Origin: Clostridia bacterium
GTDB lineage: Bacteria; Bacillota; Clostridia; Christensenellales; UBA1242
Assembly (NCBI GenBank): GCA_017453125.1
Contig: JAFTKS010000012.1
Coordinates: forward strand, 187,790-251,789
Length of the DNA: 64,000 nt
Direction of reading: 5' to 3'
In this document: positions 1 to 20,400 of the stretch, in pieces
Layout of the letters: every line of letters starts with the position of its first letter
Numbering within the stretch: position 1 is the first letter of the stretch
Program-made: the position numbers and the translations under genes
The notes under the pieces: model-generated
What the model saw: the letters and a program-made list of their open reading frames with translations, nothing else
What the model was told of the DNA's origin: nothing
The model's database searches: none

Positions 1-4878
<4,878 letters not shown>

Positions 4879-5036
4879 TAAGATACTCTCCCTTGAAAAA
4901 ATTTAAAAATTTCTATTAAGTTGTAAAATATGCTAAAATCGTTTGCCAAAAACAAAATTTTTAATTATATTAAAGACATAAACGATGTAGCATAATTGAT
5001 TGTTTACGCACTTATAAACAATACCTTGCACCTAAG

Positions 5037-5065
5037 AGTTTAACACAAGAAACACACGGTGTCAA
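5037..5065 (-). promoter_or_regulatory. sigma-A promoter of rpoBC
   Basis: TTGACA-17 bp-TAAACT with TG extension on the minus strand, about 160 bp upstream of the rpoB ATG. Confidence 0.7.
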
Positions 5066-5145
5066 TTCTTTTTTTGCAATTTTTTGAAAGAATTGTTGTT
5101 TTTTGTTTGACAAATTAATTAAAATATTTTATTTATATACAATCT

Positions 5146-5183
5146 AAAAGGCACATCTATTGGGTTTAAGATGTGTCTTTTTT
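5146..5183. terminator. Intrinsic terminator-like hairpin between giant gene 1 and the rpoB promoter
   Basis: AAAAGGCACATCT-loop-AGATGTGTCTTTTTT, flanked by A and T runs. Confidence 0.55.
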
Positions 5184-5365
5184 ACTTTATTTTCAGATTT
5201 TTTAATATTTTATATAAATTTTAAAATGTACTTTGATACTTAATTTCAAGATTGAAAAAAAGTGAAATATAATTTTTACTCATCAAATATTTTATCATAT
5301 GATTAAATATAACTGCACAATTAAATGATTTTTTGCTTGAATCAATATCAATAAGTACCCTATTG

Positions 5366-5424
5366 AAAAATAAAAACGACAAAAGTGAAGGGACGATTAT
5401 TTTCGCCTCTTCTACTTTTATCGT
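5366..5424 (-). terminator. Intrinsic terminator of the 8749-aa gene
   Basis: Minus strand ACGATAAAAGTAGAAGAGGCGA-loop-TCGTCCCTTCACTTTTGTCGT followed by TTTTATTTTT, about 30 bp after the stop. Confidence 0.65.
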
Positions 5425-5455
5425 TCGTTTTTCGCTTTTACATAATTTTTTTATC

Positions 5456-8400
5456 TTACAGATAACTATAGAACAATGTATAAGGTCTTGCATCTATTTT
5501 GCCAGATGCATAGCTTAGTTTCATATAAGAACCCGTCCATGTTCCTGTTACATCAAGATTACTTTGATCTACAAAGTGATACTTACCTGTCTCAGTATCA
5601 TAATAAGTAAACATTAGAATATGACCTGTTGTCTTTCCATCAACGGTACCATAATACCAAATTACATCGCCTGGTTTCAATTGCTCATATGCCTTGTCGG
5701 TCATTGTTGTCGATCTACTGCGACTTGGATAAGGATTGACTATTTTATTAATAGTTGAATAAACAAGACTTATGAATCCACAACAATCTGTTCGCCAAGC
5801 TTTGCCATTATTGATATTATCAAGAACAGCATCTCTATTCCATATATACCTCTTACCCGTCCAATAGTATGTCCAAGCATAACTATCATTCTTTGCTGCA
5901 GAAACATTGTATCCATTCTTATAATTGCCGTTTTTTCCATCAACATCATAATTCATTGCTAAATCTGCAAATGAATTTGTACCAACATTATAATAATTCA
6001 AACTATTACTATATTCTGATGAAATAGTATCTGGCCATACATATCTATGAATTGCATAGGTATATTTATAGTTTTTAGATTTTTCAGGACTCTTGAAATC
6101 AAGAGCATTTTTAAGAACGGTCAATCTATTTTCGTCATCTAGAGCTGTACCATAAATATATTCATAAGAATCTAATGCCTTATTATATATCTCTAGTGAT
6201 TTTCCAGACAAATCAACTTCATCGTCTGGCGTCTCCTCAATAATAGGTTGTCCACCATGTATCAAATACAAGTCTTGTCCCGGAACTTTAAATACAAATG
6301 GATAAGTTCTATTAAACTCATAGAAAGCAGTCTTATCAAAAATATTATGTTCTTGAACATGTCCTGCATTAATATCGACTTCATATTGAGCTTTTGCTTT
6401 TGCCCCTTCACCATCAAACGATGTAAGAATAAAATCGCTTGTTGATGCAACTTTTGCATCTCCAACTTGATTGTTCAGCCCTGTAGTCAAATCATCTGTA
6501 TTATAACCTAAACGTAGAATATATGCAGTATATGTATTATACGTTAGACTATTATAATCAAATAGTTCGTGACCTGATGACTTTTTGATATTGATTTCTG
6601 GTTTTGAACCACACACATAAGAATATGATCCGCCTGATACAAATGTATTATATTCTACCCCTAATACAAATGAATAATCTGTTTTATATGGAGCAGACTT
6701 TGAAATAGTTCCTCTTTCTATTTCATTTCCATTTGCATCTCTTTCAATATAGTCTGACTTAAAGTTATAGTGATATTCAGTCTTTGCATAATCAAATTTT
6801 GAATAATAAGTTTCTTCTTCATCAACATCTATAAACATTTCAAAAGCATTTGGATTATATGTGTCATATGCGCCGTTGAACGTTATATTGTTCATTTTCA
6901 ATGAATTTGCTGTAAATGTCAATTGGGTTTCAGACATTTTTCCTGCAAAACCACCAGCATATTTATATGCACTTACATAAATGTGATTTAGTGCTAAAGA
7001 ACTATTGATTTCTGAAACACTACTATACACGCAACCATATGCACCACCTGCATAATAGCCCTTAACTAAAGAAGTAGAATTTGCAATACCACCACAATAA
7101 GTATAATAACCATTAGCATTCTCAAATGATGGTATTGTTGCAGTTGCACCAATTAAACCACCAGCATATGTTAACCCATAATCAGATAAATCTTCTGCAT
7201 CAAATTCTGAAGAAATCTCTGCTATCACATCAGCAAAAACATAATTACACCCATATACTTTAATATCCTGTCCCCAATTGGCACCAATAAGACCTCCAGC
7301 ATATGCATCATACAAAGTATAATCAATTTCCGATGTATCTGTGCTATCATTCTCATCATCAACTAATGTATATTCAACTTCCGATGTCGACCATACAGGC
7401 AATCTTGCATCTTGCAAACCAATCTGTACGTATGAGATTGTTACAGTATTTGCAACGTTCTCCCCAATCAATCCACCAGATGCACAATAAGACTCAATCT
7501 TTCCACAAACATTAATTTTGTTAAGAGATATAGTTGTTGGATCGTATGCAATAATTCTTCCAATTACACCTCCAGCACTAGCCTTTGCTGTAATGTTTGC
7601 ATCGGCACCATTGATTATATTGGAAAAAGACATACTAAAGTTTAGAGACTCACAATATCCAATTACTCCTCCAGCAGAACCACTATTGGCAGAGCAATCA
7701 ATATTACCATAGTTTGTAAAATTGTTGATTGTAAGTACGTAGTTACTTATTTGTTCTGAAGTAAGATCGGAATATGTTTCGACCGAACCAAATAATCCTC
7801 CGGCACCATTATCCAGCCCATCAGTAACTTCTTGATACTCAGTTAAAATATTAGCTTTGTTCAATACTGACGAAGTCTCGGAGCAAGAATATTGGTATAG
7901 ACCCCTAACAATTCCAGCAACACCACCAGAATACATTATAGATTTCACTTCAAACGATGAGCCACCAATAACGACATCACCAGAAATTTTCAAAGAAATT
8001 TGTCCATCGGAAATCGACGAACTTGTCTCTTCAACAGTTCTCTTACCAACCAATTGACCAAACAAACCACCTGCAGAAGTTGTTCCACTAATTTCTACAT
8101 TGTTTCCATCGAATTCTATATTTTCAAGAAGTGTGTGACCTGGAGTATTTTTGCTGAATGATCCTACCAAACCACCTGCAACTGGTCCAATAACTTTAAA
8201 ACTTGAATTAATAGATGAATCTGATTGTATACCACTAAATTCAACGGGCATACTATCAGAAGCAATTGCTCCAAACAATCCACCAGCAGCTCTGAAGCTA
8301 GCTTTTGTATTAATTGAGACCCCAGCTCCATTTCCACAATTTCTTACAAATAAATTTGCAATTAATGAATTTGAAATATAACCCATAATACCGCCAACAT

Positions 8401-11400
8401 CTAGCGAATTAGAATAAATATTTCCAAAATTATAGCAATTTTCAAATAAAACATTTGGTTTTAAATCTTGTCCCTCTTCTTTATTAAATCTTCCAACAAT
8501 TCCACAAAGTGCAGTAACAGCACCTTCAGAATAATTTTCTTTTAATAATTTTATCTCAGCATTATTTGACAAATTCAAGAATGCGATATTAGAGTGATTT
8601 ACAATCATATCGGCAACTATTCCTCCAACAATTGGAGCATCGAGCAATACCTTACCAGATTGCAAAGTTTGTGATGGGTCTATATAATAATATTTATTAT
8701 TATATAGGTCACTATCATCTTTATTCAGTTTATTGGTTTGCCCTATCTTATAGTTCTCAACTGTATATATATGTCCTTCAAACTCAACTTCTCGCTCATT
8801 ATCAATCAATCCAAACAAACCACCTGCATACTCATTAGATTTGAATGTTGCATTAGGAATATTATATTCGGATCTATACATATAAGGAGCTATTGTTGAC
8901 AATGTGATTTTGGCATTCTCAACATTTCCTACACGACCAATGAATCCACCTACAGATTTATCTGCTGTAAGATTTCCTTCACTTTGACAACTATCAAAAA
9001 CAATCGTTGTTACTGTTATATTACTATTTAGAGAATTCAATGACCCTAGTAATCCGCCAGCTATACTTTCAGGCTCATTGTCTCCTGTTGTTATGCCTGA
9101 GTATGACGTAATATCTGAACTTGCATTAATAGTAGAAATAAATTCAATATTATGAAGTAGATATGTAGTTTCGTTATACACAACATAATCGCCAATTCCT
9201 TCATAGATAATCTGTTTTCTTGTTTTCTCTATCTCATATCGTCTAACAAGGTTTTTTTCATACTCAGCTGCTTGAGATATTTTGGTATACATATACTGAT
9301 AATTATTTGAAGAAATAATTCCTGCAACACTATTAAATCCATAAATTTTACCCGTGTTAAAGTTATTTTGGAATACAATAGATTCAATATTTATATGCTC
9401 TCCAATGATTCCCGCTGAGTGTTCAGATTTTTCAGAACCAACAGTCGCATGATTTTGTAAAAATTTTAGTTGTACATCACTTGTAGAGATATATGCACCA
9501 TTTGCAAAACCTGCAGTCGAAACCCTACCAATTACACCTCCAGTTACCCTACCTAATATAACTGGCTGTTGAAGATCTTCAGTTTCCTCTGTTTCGTCCG
9601 TATTTTCAGAACCCTCTTCAGTGTCAACAACTTCTTCAATTGGAAGAATTTCTTCTTCTGTGTTTTCAATCGTATAAGGGTTTGTTCCTGAATAAAGATT
9701 TGCAATTTGATAAATCCAATCAGGAACATCATTTGAATATGTTGAGGCAAGAAGTGTGTCTTCATCAGAAAGTGTTGCTACCGCTGAAACTGGATCGACA
9801 TATTTCCCAGCCTCAATTATACCAATTACACCACCAGCAGTTGGAATAGATACATATTGTGTATTAACATCTACTCCAGCTGTAATATTACCAGTGTTCC
9901 AGATAAGATATTCATCTTCAATACCATTATTAGCTTCTAAAATTACATTTGCACCAATATATGCAAATACACCACCGGCCAATTCAAAGGCTGTAATATC
10001 TCCAGAGTTTTTAACCCCAAACACGCTATTATTTTTTGTAACATTGATTGTCAAAGTAGCCCCATTTGCATTAATGAAATCAGCTGAACCGATTACGCCA
10101 CCAACAACAAGTGGAACATATACTAGTTTACTTGCAGGTTGCTCAAAATAGACATCGTTCAAATCAATTAATTTTCCAGCATTTTCAACATTGCTAAGAT
10201 TTATTGTGTAATCTCCAATAACTTCTCCACTGGAAATATAGTGCGCAGTTCCAATAATTCCACCCATATATTCAACATTAGCATATACCACATCTATATC
10301 AACTACCACATTTTCTATATTATGTGTAATATCTTCTGTCTTAGTTGAAACAGCAGGAACGGCACTTGCAATAAGTCCGCCAAAGAATGTATTGTAATCA
10401 CGATTGGCAATATCAATATATTGCACATTATCAATGTTTGTCATTGGCGTTTGTGATGAAATGTCAATATTTCTAATAGATATATTGCCATTCACATAAC
10501 CAATCAAACCATACAAGTTATAAGTCTTATCTGAATTACTACTTAAAGTAAAGTAAGGAGCAGATATCGAAATACTAGACTTTATAGTATTTCCATCATC
10601 ATCTGTACTATCAATGCCCTGAATATCCAAATTATTAATAGGATAATAATATGTTCCTAACGAACTTAGCGTATTCTGATAAATATTTGTACTTGCATTA
10701 ACAATATTTCCCTTGATTTTAATAAGAATATTTTTAGGATTTTTTGGACTATCCTTGTCATATCTCTTATTAACAGCAGAATAAATATATGCGTACAATT
10801 TGTCTTGATTAAAGGATTTCTCCTTTTCGATATCAATTTCAAGAGAATAATTTCCAGAATTATTTTCAAGAGTAGCACTTCTAATCTTGATATCATCAAT
10901 AAACTTCAATGTAATAACTTCTGACTTGGTTGTATCAGATTGTGTAACCTGTTCCACCTTCAAATCCCACAATCCAGATTCGGTCAAAATCTGTTTTGTT
11001 TCGCTCATAAGTGGTTTTTGAGATGGTTGTGTATATTCTCCATTTACATATGTTGCATTAGTTCCTGACAAAGAATATAATACTGTCGCATTAAACTCTT
11101 GATGTGTAGGAACATCTGACTTTTTCATATTAAATGCATAAGCCATATTCAAGAATGTATCATAATTATATGGTTGTTCATTATTTAGGTATCTTACATT
11201 AATTGTAGTTTCTTCTTCCGCTACTACCACCGCATCAGAGTCTACAGAATTATTAAAGAACCAATACTTATTACTAGACCAATTATATGCTTTTTCTGAA
11301 TTTAGCAAATACTGAGCAGTTCCTATAATAAAGCTATAATTATTGCCACTAGAGTCCCTACACAAATCTGTAGATACCTCATTGAGGTTATATCCTCTAG

Positions 11401-14400
11401 CAAATCCAACTATACCGCCAATCTCTGGCATATTATAACCTGTAATATTGCCGTCAGCATCTTTTATAGCATACTCGGTTTTTATTGTTTCAACATCGAA
11501 AACAGTTAAAATTTTGACATCAATATTGTCAATTACATAATTTGTAGATTGAGTGCCATCATACAAATTTTCAGCATATGCTACAGCACCACCACCTAGT
11601 ACAAGATCTTTGTTATTATAATTTAACTTATGATCATTTGTATGTGCTATACCATAAAGTCTAAAGTTGTCAATCTCTACTTTGGCATTTTTTACATTAC
11701 TATTTTTGATTGCTCCAGCAATTCCACCTACAAAGTTTGAACCAATTAGATTGCCTTTGAAGGTATATGTTTCATTATTTTCACAATCTATTGTTGAATA
11801 TGAGAGATGTCCAACAAGTCCACCTATAAATATATCTGATTTCTGTGCAGTAAAGTACTCGGAACCTTCCTCACTATTTTGTCCAGCATAGAACGAACCA
11901 ATAGTAATTACTTCCGAACCAATAGATATACTTGCAGAGTCATTAATATTAGTATATAGTGCCTCGCCTGCAATACCACCTACATATGAGAATCCATTGA
12001 CAGATGCGAAATTATAAACATTTTCTAACGTAGAAACACCCTTTTCTTTCAATGATTGTCCTTGACCAATACTACCAACAATACCACCTACAAACATCAT
12101 ATATTTGTTTGGCTTTATGTCTCCATTGATTGATGCGTAATTTTTGATATTTTTCAAATGTGCAGCATTTAATCTACCAACAACACCACCAACATATCTA
12201 GTGGTAAGAGCAGATATAGAACTATCCTCTACAACAATGTCTCCAATAGCTACTACGTTTCCGTTTTTGCCATTTGCTACATATCCAAATGCACCACCAA
12301 TGTTTCCAAAGGCATCGGTAAATAGTTGCGAATCTAAAGCATATTCATTTGCAACTTGTCCCATTTCCTCTGGAGAAAGTGATTCTTGAATTTTAACATT
12401 TTTAATAGTAATATTTAGATTATCCATTTCTTGTTGATAATAAGAATTGACATAACCCGCTATACCACCAAGATAGCCCATTCCAGAAATTATTAGAGGA
12501 TCTTCCTCGGATAGTCCAGAAATAGTAATCTTGTTATTTCTTTCTTCATCATCAGTGGTAACACTCAATAGACCATTTACTCTACCTACAATTCCACCAA
12601 TATTATTATCCAATCTAACACTTGAAGTATTCTCAAATATTACGTTTGAAAGATTTATACCAACATCAGAATTTATAAATAACTCTAAGTTATCCGCCAT
12701 TCCAATAATTCCACCAACAGCCCCGCCAAATGATGCATTTTGAATTAGTGGTGTCTCATTAGCACTTATCAATCTAACTTTGTTCGAATCAAGATTGGCA
12801 CCAGATATTTTTGCTTCTCGTGCATAACCTACAATTGAACCAATTTTTGCAATTTTGTTTTCGCTAGCAATAATAACTGAATTATTTTTAATTGAGTCAT
12901 CTGCTACAACATCGTTTGAAACTGTTGCATTATCAATTATAATTGAACCATTTGAATAACCTACAATTCCGCCAATATATTGACCATCAATTGTTGTTAA
13001 GTCTGAAGTATTCAGAGCATTATCAATTTTTAAAATTATACCCTTTCCTTCTATTTGTGCAACAATACCACCAACATTACCTTTAGCATCAGTGATTCTT
13101 CCATAGTTTGATAAACCTTCGGCAGTTACCAAAACTCTTGTCTCACCATTTAGTATTGCTGATTTTTCGCTTGTAATAAAACCAATAATACCAGAAATAT
13201 ATTGACTAGCACCATTTTCAGAACCTTTGACAGTACCATAGTTAGTTAATGTACCAAGAGATACTGCTTGTGTTGCTCTTAGAGAATATGTACTTGCGGA
13301 AACAACACCATTCACTTCAACAGCACCAAATATTCCACCTACAAAGTTTCCCGTTCCTTGAACATCTAAATAGTTTGTTATAATGGCTGTATTAGTAATA
13401 TCTTTTGCGTATCCAGCAATAGCTCCAACGTAATTGCCCTTACCAAATATATGAGAACCTTCGTTTTCTGTAGTTTCGTCACATCTTAGAACAACTTCTC
13501 CAGAAATTGTTGAACCATTCATATAACCAAATAATCCAACATAATCTTTTTGCAACCCTTCTACACTAAAGTCATTGTTTTTGTAATATCCATTTGTTGT
13601 AAAGTTGATAAGCTCAACTAAAGATCCATCACCAAATTGGACATTTCCTTTGAATGCGTATGCAGGACTATAGCCAATAGGTTGCCACAATTTCTTTTGG
13701 AAATCGATTTTTCCACCAACTCCCACAATTTTGATTGTGTCTCCTGCAAAAGAGTTCTTGCCTGTATTAACTTGTTCGGCAATCCAAGCCAATTCATCGG
13801 CATTTCTAATTACATATGTTGTTGAATTATTCTCTTTGATAGTATCGTTTACTTCTTCTCCAGACCAAACATTTGCCTGCATTAGAAGTACTGGGTAGTT
13901 ATTGTTTTTCTGAGAAACTCTACTCCAAATATACGACCAGTCATCAAACAATTCGTTATTGGCCTCACTCAACGAGCTATGAGTAATTTCCATAAGCGAA
14001 TTTTCATCATAAACAGAATTTGTAGATTCTGAAATCACATAAGTTTTTCTATAACTAATACCATCTGCATTATTGATATTAGTAAACTGCAATCCAAGAA
14101 GTGAAGAATAACACTCGTCAAATTCAACACTAGCGAATGGTGAACTAAAGTTTACAAATGCAGAAGCAACTGCACCACTTATACAAGACAGGTTCATTGT
14201 ACCATCTGCTCTACTATTACGTACACCAGCAACAAGATCTCCCTCATCGCCACGACTCACGTAACAATCAATTAGCCTAATTGCTTCTTGATTTAATAAG
14301 CCAACAAAACCTCCGGCATAAGTTGCACCTATAACAGCAGAACTATTATAACATTGCTCAATTGTTGCTTTGCCTTTGATTTCTCCGACAAAACCACCTG

Positions 14401-17400
14401 CTACACCATCAGTTGATGTAACATCACCAGTATTAAATGAACCGCGAAGAACAAGTTTACTATTCTCATCAACAAGACCAACAAAGCCTCCGGCATAAGA
14501 CTTTCCTACAATATCTATCTTGTTATAAGAATGTGTAATGTTAAGCTCGGCGTTAATAACTTCGCCAACCATTCCACCAACACTTATTCCTCTATCAATT
14601 AAACACTTACTCTCTTCGGTATAAACAATTTCACTTGAGATAATCTCTGTTGATACTTTATTGCCTTTGATAAGTTTGCCAATAAAGCCACCAACAACAG
14701 CATTATCTTCTGTTTGCATAGTATGCAATAAATTAACATCTGTAAGTTTTATACCAATTAAGCTTGTCGAACCTTGTTGAATAGCAACAAGTCCACCCAT
14801 ACTACCATTGGTAGTTATAATATTTACATTGTTAAGTTTTGCTTTTGTATATTCCGTTGCAGTAGAAATACCAAATAAACCCGCTTCAGAATTTGTTATA
14901 ATTAATAAGTTTTTTATAGTATGATTATTTCCTGTAAATGAGCCATTGAAATAATTTCTACCCATATATTCAAGAATTGGCGCACCACCAATAGGCGTAA
15001 ATAATTTATACTGCATATCAATATCTGATGCCAATTCTATTCTACTAGACAAATGTTGTCCGTGATTAATAAGGTAAGAAGCATAAGCAAGACCTAAAGC
15101 AGATTTTACTGTAAGAGAATTTTCTCCAATAATAATATCGTTTTCAGTTGCAATATTTCCATATTTATTGAAATAGTTGCTCCAAACATAATCGGCATAC
15201 TCTGTTTGTGATGTACTATACAAATCAATGTCTTCGAAATACCAATCTTTGCCTATCTCTTGTTTCAATTCCCATCTGAGGAACATTCTTCCATTTTTGA
15301 TAGTTGGAAGAATCAACCAATTGTTATAAAAGTCATAATCTTCAGCAAAATTATTAATATCTTGTGCTTTTTGAAGATCTGCAACAAACGCATCTCCCAA
15401 ATGATTGTAATACACAAAATTATCTTCATCTACTGAATAAATATAGCTATCTAAAATTGAAACTGTACCAAATAAATTTTTGCTTGAATCAAATTCTGCA
15501 TCTTTGAATACACCAAGTTTTATTTGTCCATTTCCATTAGATACAATGGAATGTCCCGAACTGGCTACATTAGGATATATAACCAGTCCGTTATTTGTTC
15601 CATATACAACGGCACCAGAACCCATTGTTTTTATAACAGGATGAATGTCAATGCCATTATTAATTCCAATATAGCCACCTGTTGTAGCTAAATTATTGAT
15701 AACCGTACTAGATACTTTACCATTATTTGTAGCAATAATAGTATTTGTAGCATTAGAAACAGCAATTCCGTATACTCTAGAATCAGCATCAATATTACTA
15801 AATAAACTAATGCCATTTCTTAGAGTATTTATAAAGTAAATATCGTTATTGTTTGTTGCAATCGCTGTCATTCCACTGCAATCGCCTGTAACAATATACG
15901 ATTTCCCCGCTGTTACTCCAGAAGCGAGAGTTGTCACAGTTTCTGGAGTAAGTTTTGGGTCAATATAACTTTCATTACTTAACCAAGATAATCTTGGGAA
16001 AGCATTTATTGCTAATGTCCAAATCGAAGAAACTTCGCCTGTCGTCTTCTCAAAATTGATACCATCAGGAATATTATTTGTATCTTCATCTAGATATAGC
16101 ATTTCTGCAACACTAAGGCCTTGTCCAATTGAATTATGTTCAATCATAAACTCAGCAAGATAATATACGCTTGTCAACTCAACCATATTTTCAATATCGC
16201 TACCATCACTGGTTTCGGCCATTCCAATGATACCAGCAATTTGAGAGGCTTCATTTTCACACTTGTTTGCAATAATATTTGAAATAGAATATACATTATG
16301 CATTTGAACATTATTATCCGTATTCAAAGCATTTGCTTCAAACATTCCAACGATACCACCAAGAGCATTGTAATTACTTACATTAGTCTTGCTACTTGCT
16401 TGAATATAAGTTTCATAATTTGCATTGAAGTTATGGTCATATGTATATATTGTATTTGAAGAGTAACTATCTTCAATATTCAAATAATTATAACCATATC
16501 CAATTAATCCACCTAGGTTTGCATTATCTTGAATATAAGTTGAACCTTTGGCTGTAATCAGTTTTATATATCCCGATGCAAAACTTTGAGATATTTTTGA
16601 TGGCGAAAGCAAGGTTGCAAAACCTGCGATACCACCAATATTTACATTTGAACCTGATGTTTGAGCAAGCCCAACTACTATATTTGAATTATAGCCAGAC
16701 CTAAATAAACTTCCACCACTCATTTTTCCTATCAATCCACCAATATTAAGAATGGTTGATTCTCCAATATTCACAGGGGCGGTCGTATTGATTTCAGTTA
16801 AACTCAACATACCAATTGCAGAGCCACTATTCATTTTTCCAATAGTTCCACCGATATTGATATTAAGTTTATCAGATTCTGATACAGTCCAAGATAGTGT
16901 TGTTGAACTTTGAATTGAATTAATATTTTCTCTACAAGAGATAACAGAACCAATCAACGAACCAACGTTAATATCTCCACTAGCAACTGTATTTTCCAAG
17001 TTTATCTGTGTATTTGAATGAGTAAATGTTAGTGTTTTAATATTATTTACAATATCGTTCAATGTTATATAGCCATTTGAATTGCCACCCATTTCTCCAA
17101 TTGTTCCACCAACACTCAAGTTACCTTTGTTGGCAAATATCGAACTAGCATATACCCCATTATTCACAAATTTTATATACGAATCAATCGTACTATTTAT
17201 ATCAAGAATGTCAATATTTTCAATTGCAAATGTATTATTAACAGCTACACCTTCCAAACTACCAAATGCACCACCAACTGCAATAGTTTCAAAATTTGCA
17301 AATCCTGAATCTTTTGCAGAAATCTCCATATCAATTATAGGATCAGAAATGGTCATATTTTTTAGTGTTGTACTAGGTGCTCCGACAGAAGACGAATTAA

Positions 17401-20400
17401 TAAGTTTTCCTATAATTCCGCCTACTGCCATTGTCGAATAATCACCTTGAATATAATCAAGTGATACTGTAATAATTGGGTTTTCAACATTAATAGAATA
17501 TGATGGTGAATTTGAACTCAACGAAGCGTATCCAAATATTGAACCAACATACATATTAATGCATCGATCCGATGTTACTTCACCCGTTATATTGATAGAA
17601 GGATTGATAATATCAATTGTCTCAGGGTCTCCTAAAGCAAATGTTGTAATACCAGAATCTTCTGTGTCGGCTTTAATAACAATCGAATCAGCATAGCCTC
17701 CTAAACCACCAACATAACCAGCAGAAACAGGTTGAGACGTTCCCCCAACAACAATTTGTGAGTCATTAATAAATTCTAAATCAACATTATTGATAGTTGT
17801 TGCTGAGGTTCCTTTATTGAATGAATAGCCAAATAATGTACCAATTGCAGTAGTTGAACCACTATCGGTTGGGGCAATTAAGTTTGATGAAACAACCAAA
17901 TTGAATTCTTTGAACGTTGCACCTTTGACTGCTCCAAATATTCCAGTATAATTACTAATTGGAGCACGACTACCAGAACTATCCTGACCTACATAAATAG
18001 TATAAGGATAACCAGCTGTAGACTTCTTCTCTGGGTTACTCATTAGAGTACCTGTAAAAGGATTTCCAAGAGAAGCAAGTGAAGAATACTCAGATGCTGT
18101 AATGAAAATATCATTATCTAAATAATACTTTCTATTTGGATATAAATTGATTTGTTTCAAATCTTCGTAATCTTTTACAAGAACGATAGAGTCGTCTATT
18201 CTAGATTCGTGAGTTGGTAGCACGAAATTATCTGCCCTAGCATTCGACTTATTGACAGCAACACCTGCCCAAATAGATGATGACCATACATTCTCAGGAT
18301 AAATTTTTTGTGCAGAAACTGCGGTTGATATAATTGTATCAGATGCAATATCATAAGGTTTGAATACAAAATCACTATGTAATTGTGCATCAATGTCTGC
18401 ACTAGATGCATTTGCTTGATTTAGAAGAGATGTGAATACACCCTTTTTAGCAGATTCTTCATCATAGAATCTATTAATCAATTCATATAGAGTTCTTGTA
18501 GAAGAATATTGTCTCATTCTAGAGAAATATGAACTTGATTTTACATTATAAGAATACTCTCCATCAACACCTGTTTCTTCTTTTGCATAAGAAACGATTG
18601 CGCCACTATACATCGCCATTGTTCCAAATTGTTTAACTTTGGTCAATGTATTATTGTCGGTATCTACTTCTACAATTATATTATTGACATCTTTGTAGAA
18701 ATAATTTTTTATAGAATCGGAAGGAATATTATTCTTGTCATAAATAGTCTTTCCTTCTCCATTTAGGATTGAACCATTTGAAGACACTGTAGGAGTCACA
18801 CTCATTGACCAAGTAGAATCGGAATTTCCTATCTCTGGTAACAATACAAAGAAGCTTTTCATTGACTCTTTGTTTGCACTAGAATCATAATTATCTATAC
18901 TATCAAATGTATATGTAGTAATAGTATACATATTTTCTTGAAGCATTCTCTTATAATATGCGTCTACACCAATTTCAGCATCTACATAATTGTATCCAAT
19001 AATTGAACCAATGGTTGCTTCACTTGCATCGTTGTTGATATATTGTCTTCTTGTATTCAAACTAGACTTGTTCCAAAGGTTAAGTCCTACAATTCCTTGC
19101 ATTGTAAGTTTTGCAGTATTTGGACCTCTGAAATTATCATAATTTTCGATATACAATCCAACAACTTCTTCAGCTCCTTGCGGAATTGTTGTACTATAAT
19201 AAGAAGTATTAAGACCAATAATTCCACCAATAGCTTTGAACGAATAAACGTCTGCAGTTGTATATACTGCTGTTAATTGTCCGCCAATATTTGCACCAAT
19301 TACACCACCGGCATATAGTGAATTGATGTTATTAACATTGACTTTATTGTATGAGTTGGTTATTGTTCCTTCTTTATTAAGTCCAACGATACCACCTATA
19401 AAGTGAGCATTTGAACCAAAGAACTTTGTACTACCTACACTTGCATATCTATCAGAATCGTTATCAAAAGAAGACTTTGTATAAATATGAGTTTTCTCAG
19501 CTTTTGCTGTAAGCAAAGTAGAATCAATAGAATCTTGAGTTGATTTCAAGTTACTTACAGAACTTCTATGGATTTCGCCATTATTCTGTCCAGCAAGACC
19601 ACCTGCTACTCTTGACGCTTTGATAACTGAGTTCTGATCAACATATACTTTGTTTGAAGAAATTACAGAGTCATTACCAACATATCCAACTATACCACCA
19701 ACAATTTCTCCAAATAATGTTGTGTTACTACCCTCAAATACAAGATTTCGTATTGAACTAATCTCATTTGATGTAACAACATCTACAATATTTTCAACCT
19801 TTTTGGAAACATCAATTATACCAACAAGTCCCCCAGCATAAGAAACTTTGTTAATATTAGAAATTAAATCACCATTAGCATCAAGTTCTTTGTTTATCAA
19901 TGATTCATACACATTGAACTTAGATGTAATATTTAATTTCTTCTTGACATCGAATGTATTGTATGAAGTAAAGTTCGAAGCAGTAACAGAAATTGTGCTA
20001 GTAAGATTTACAAGAGTGCTTTGACCAGTAACTCTACCTGCTATAGCCCCTACGGCATTTAGGCCATAAACTTTTGCACTGCTACCGGAAATATTAATAT
20101 TATAAATCATACTATCAACAACTTGACCAGCTACAACACCTACGAAATTCACACCTGAACCATAAACTTCGCTTACTTCAATATCAATGTTTTTAACAAC
20201 AGCCCCATCAATAAGTTTTGCAAACATACCTACTGAAGTTACCTTTTTGAGTTCTCCGTTATCGGAATACTTCTCAATTTCTTGATATTTGCTATCTTCA
20301 GATTGTTGTTTATTAATTGCATTATTACCAATACTTGTATTAGCATTTATACTTAAGTTGGAAATCTTCATTCCATTACCATCAAGATTTCCAGAGAACA

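Noticed and set aside
5108-5183. Small plus-strand RNA divergent from the rpoB promoter
   Set aside because: TTGACA at 5108 has no properly spaced -10; the hairpin is adequately explained as a terminator.
5221-5518. 90-aa and 61-aa ORFs downstream of the 8749-aa gene (possible immunity protein)
   Set aside because: They overlap the giant gene's end and its terminator, have no RBS and are low-complexity AT-rich translations. No cognate immunity gene is evident.
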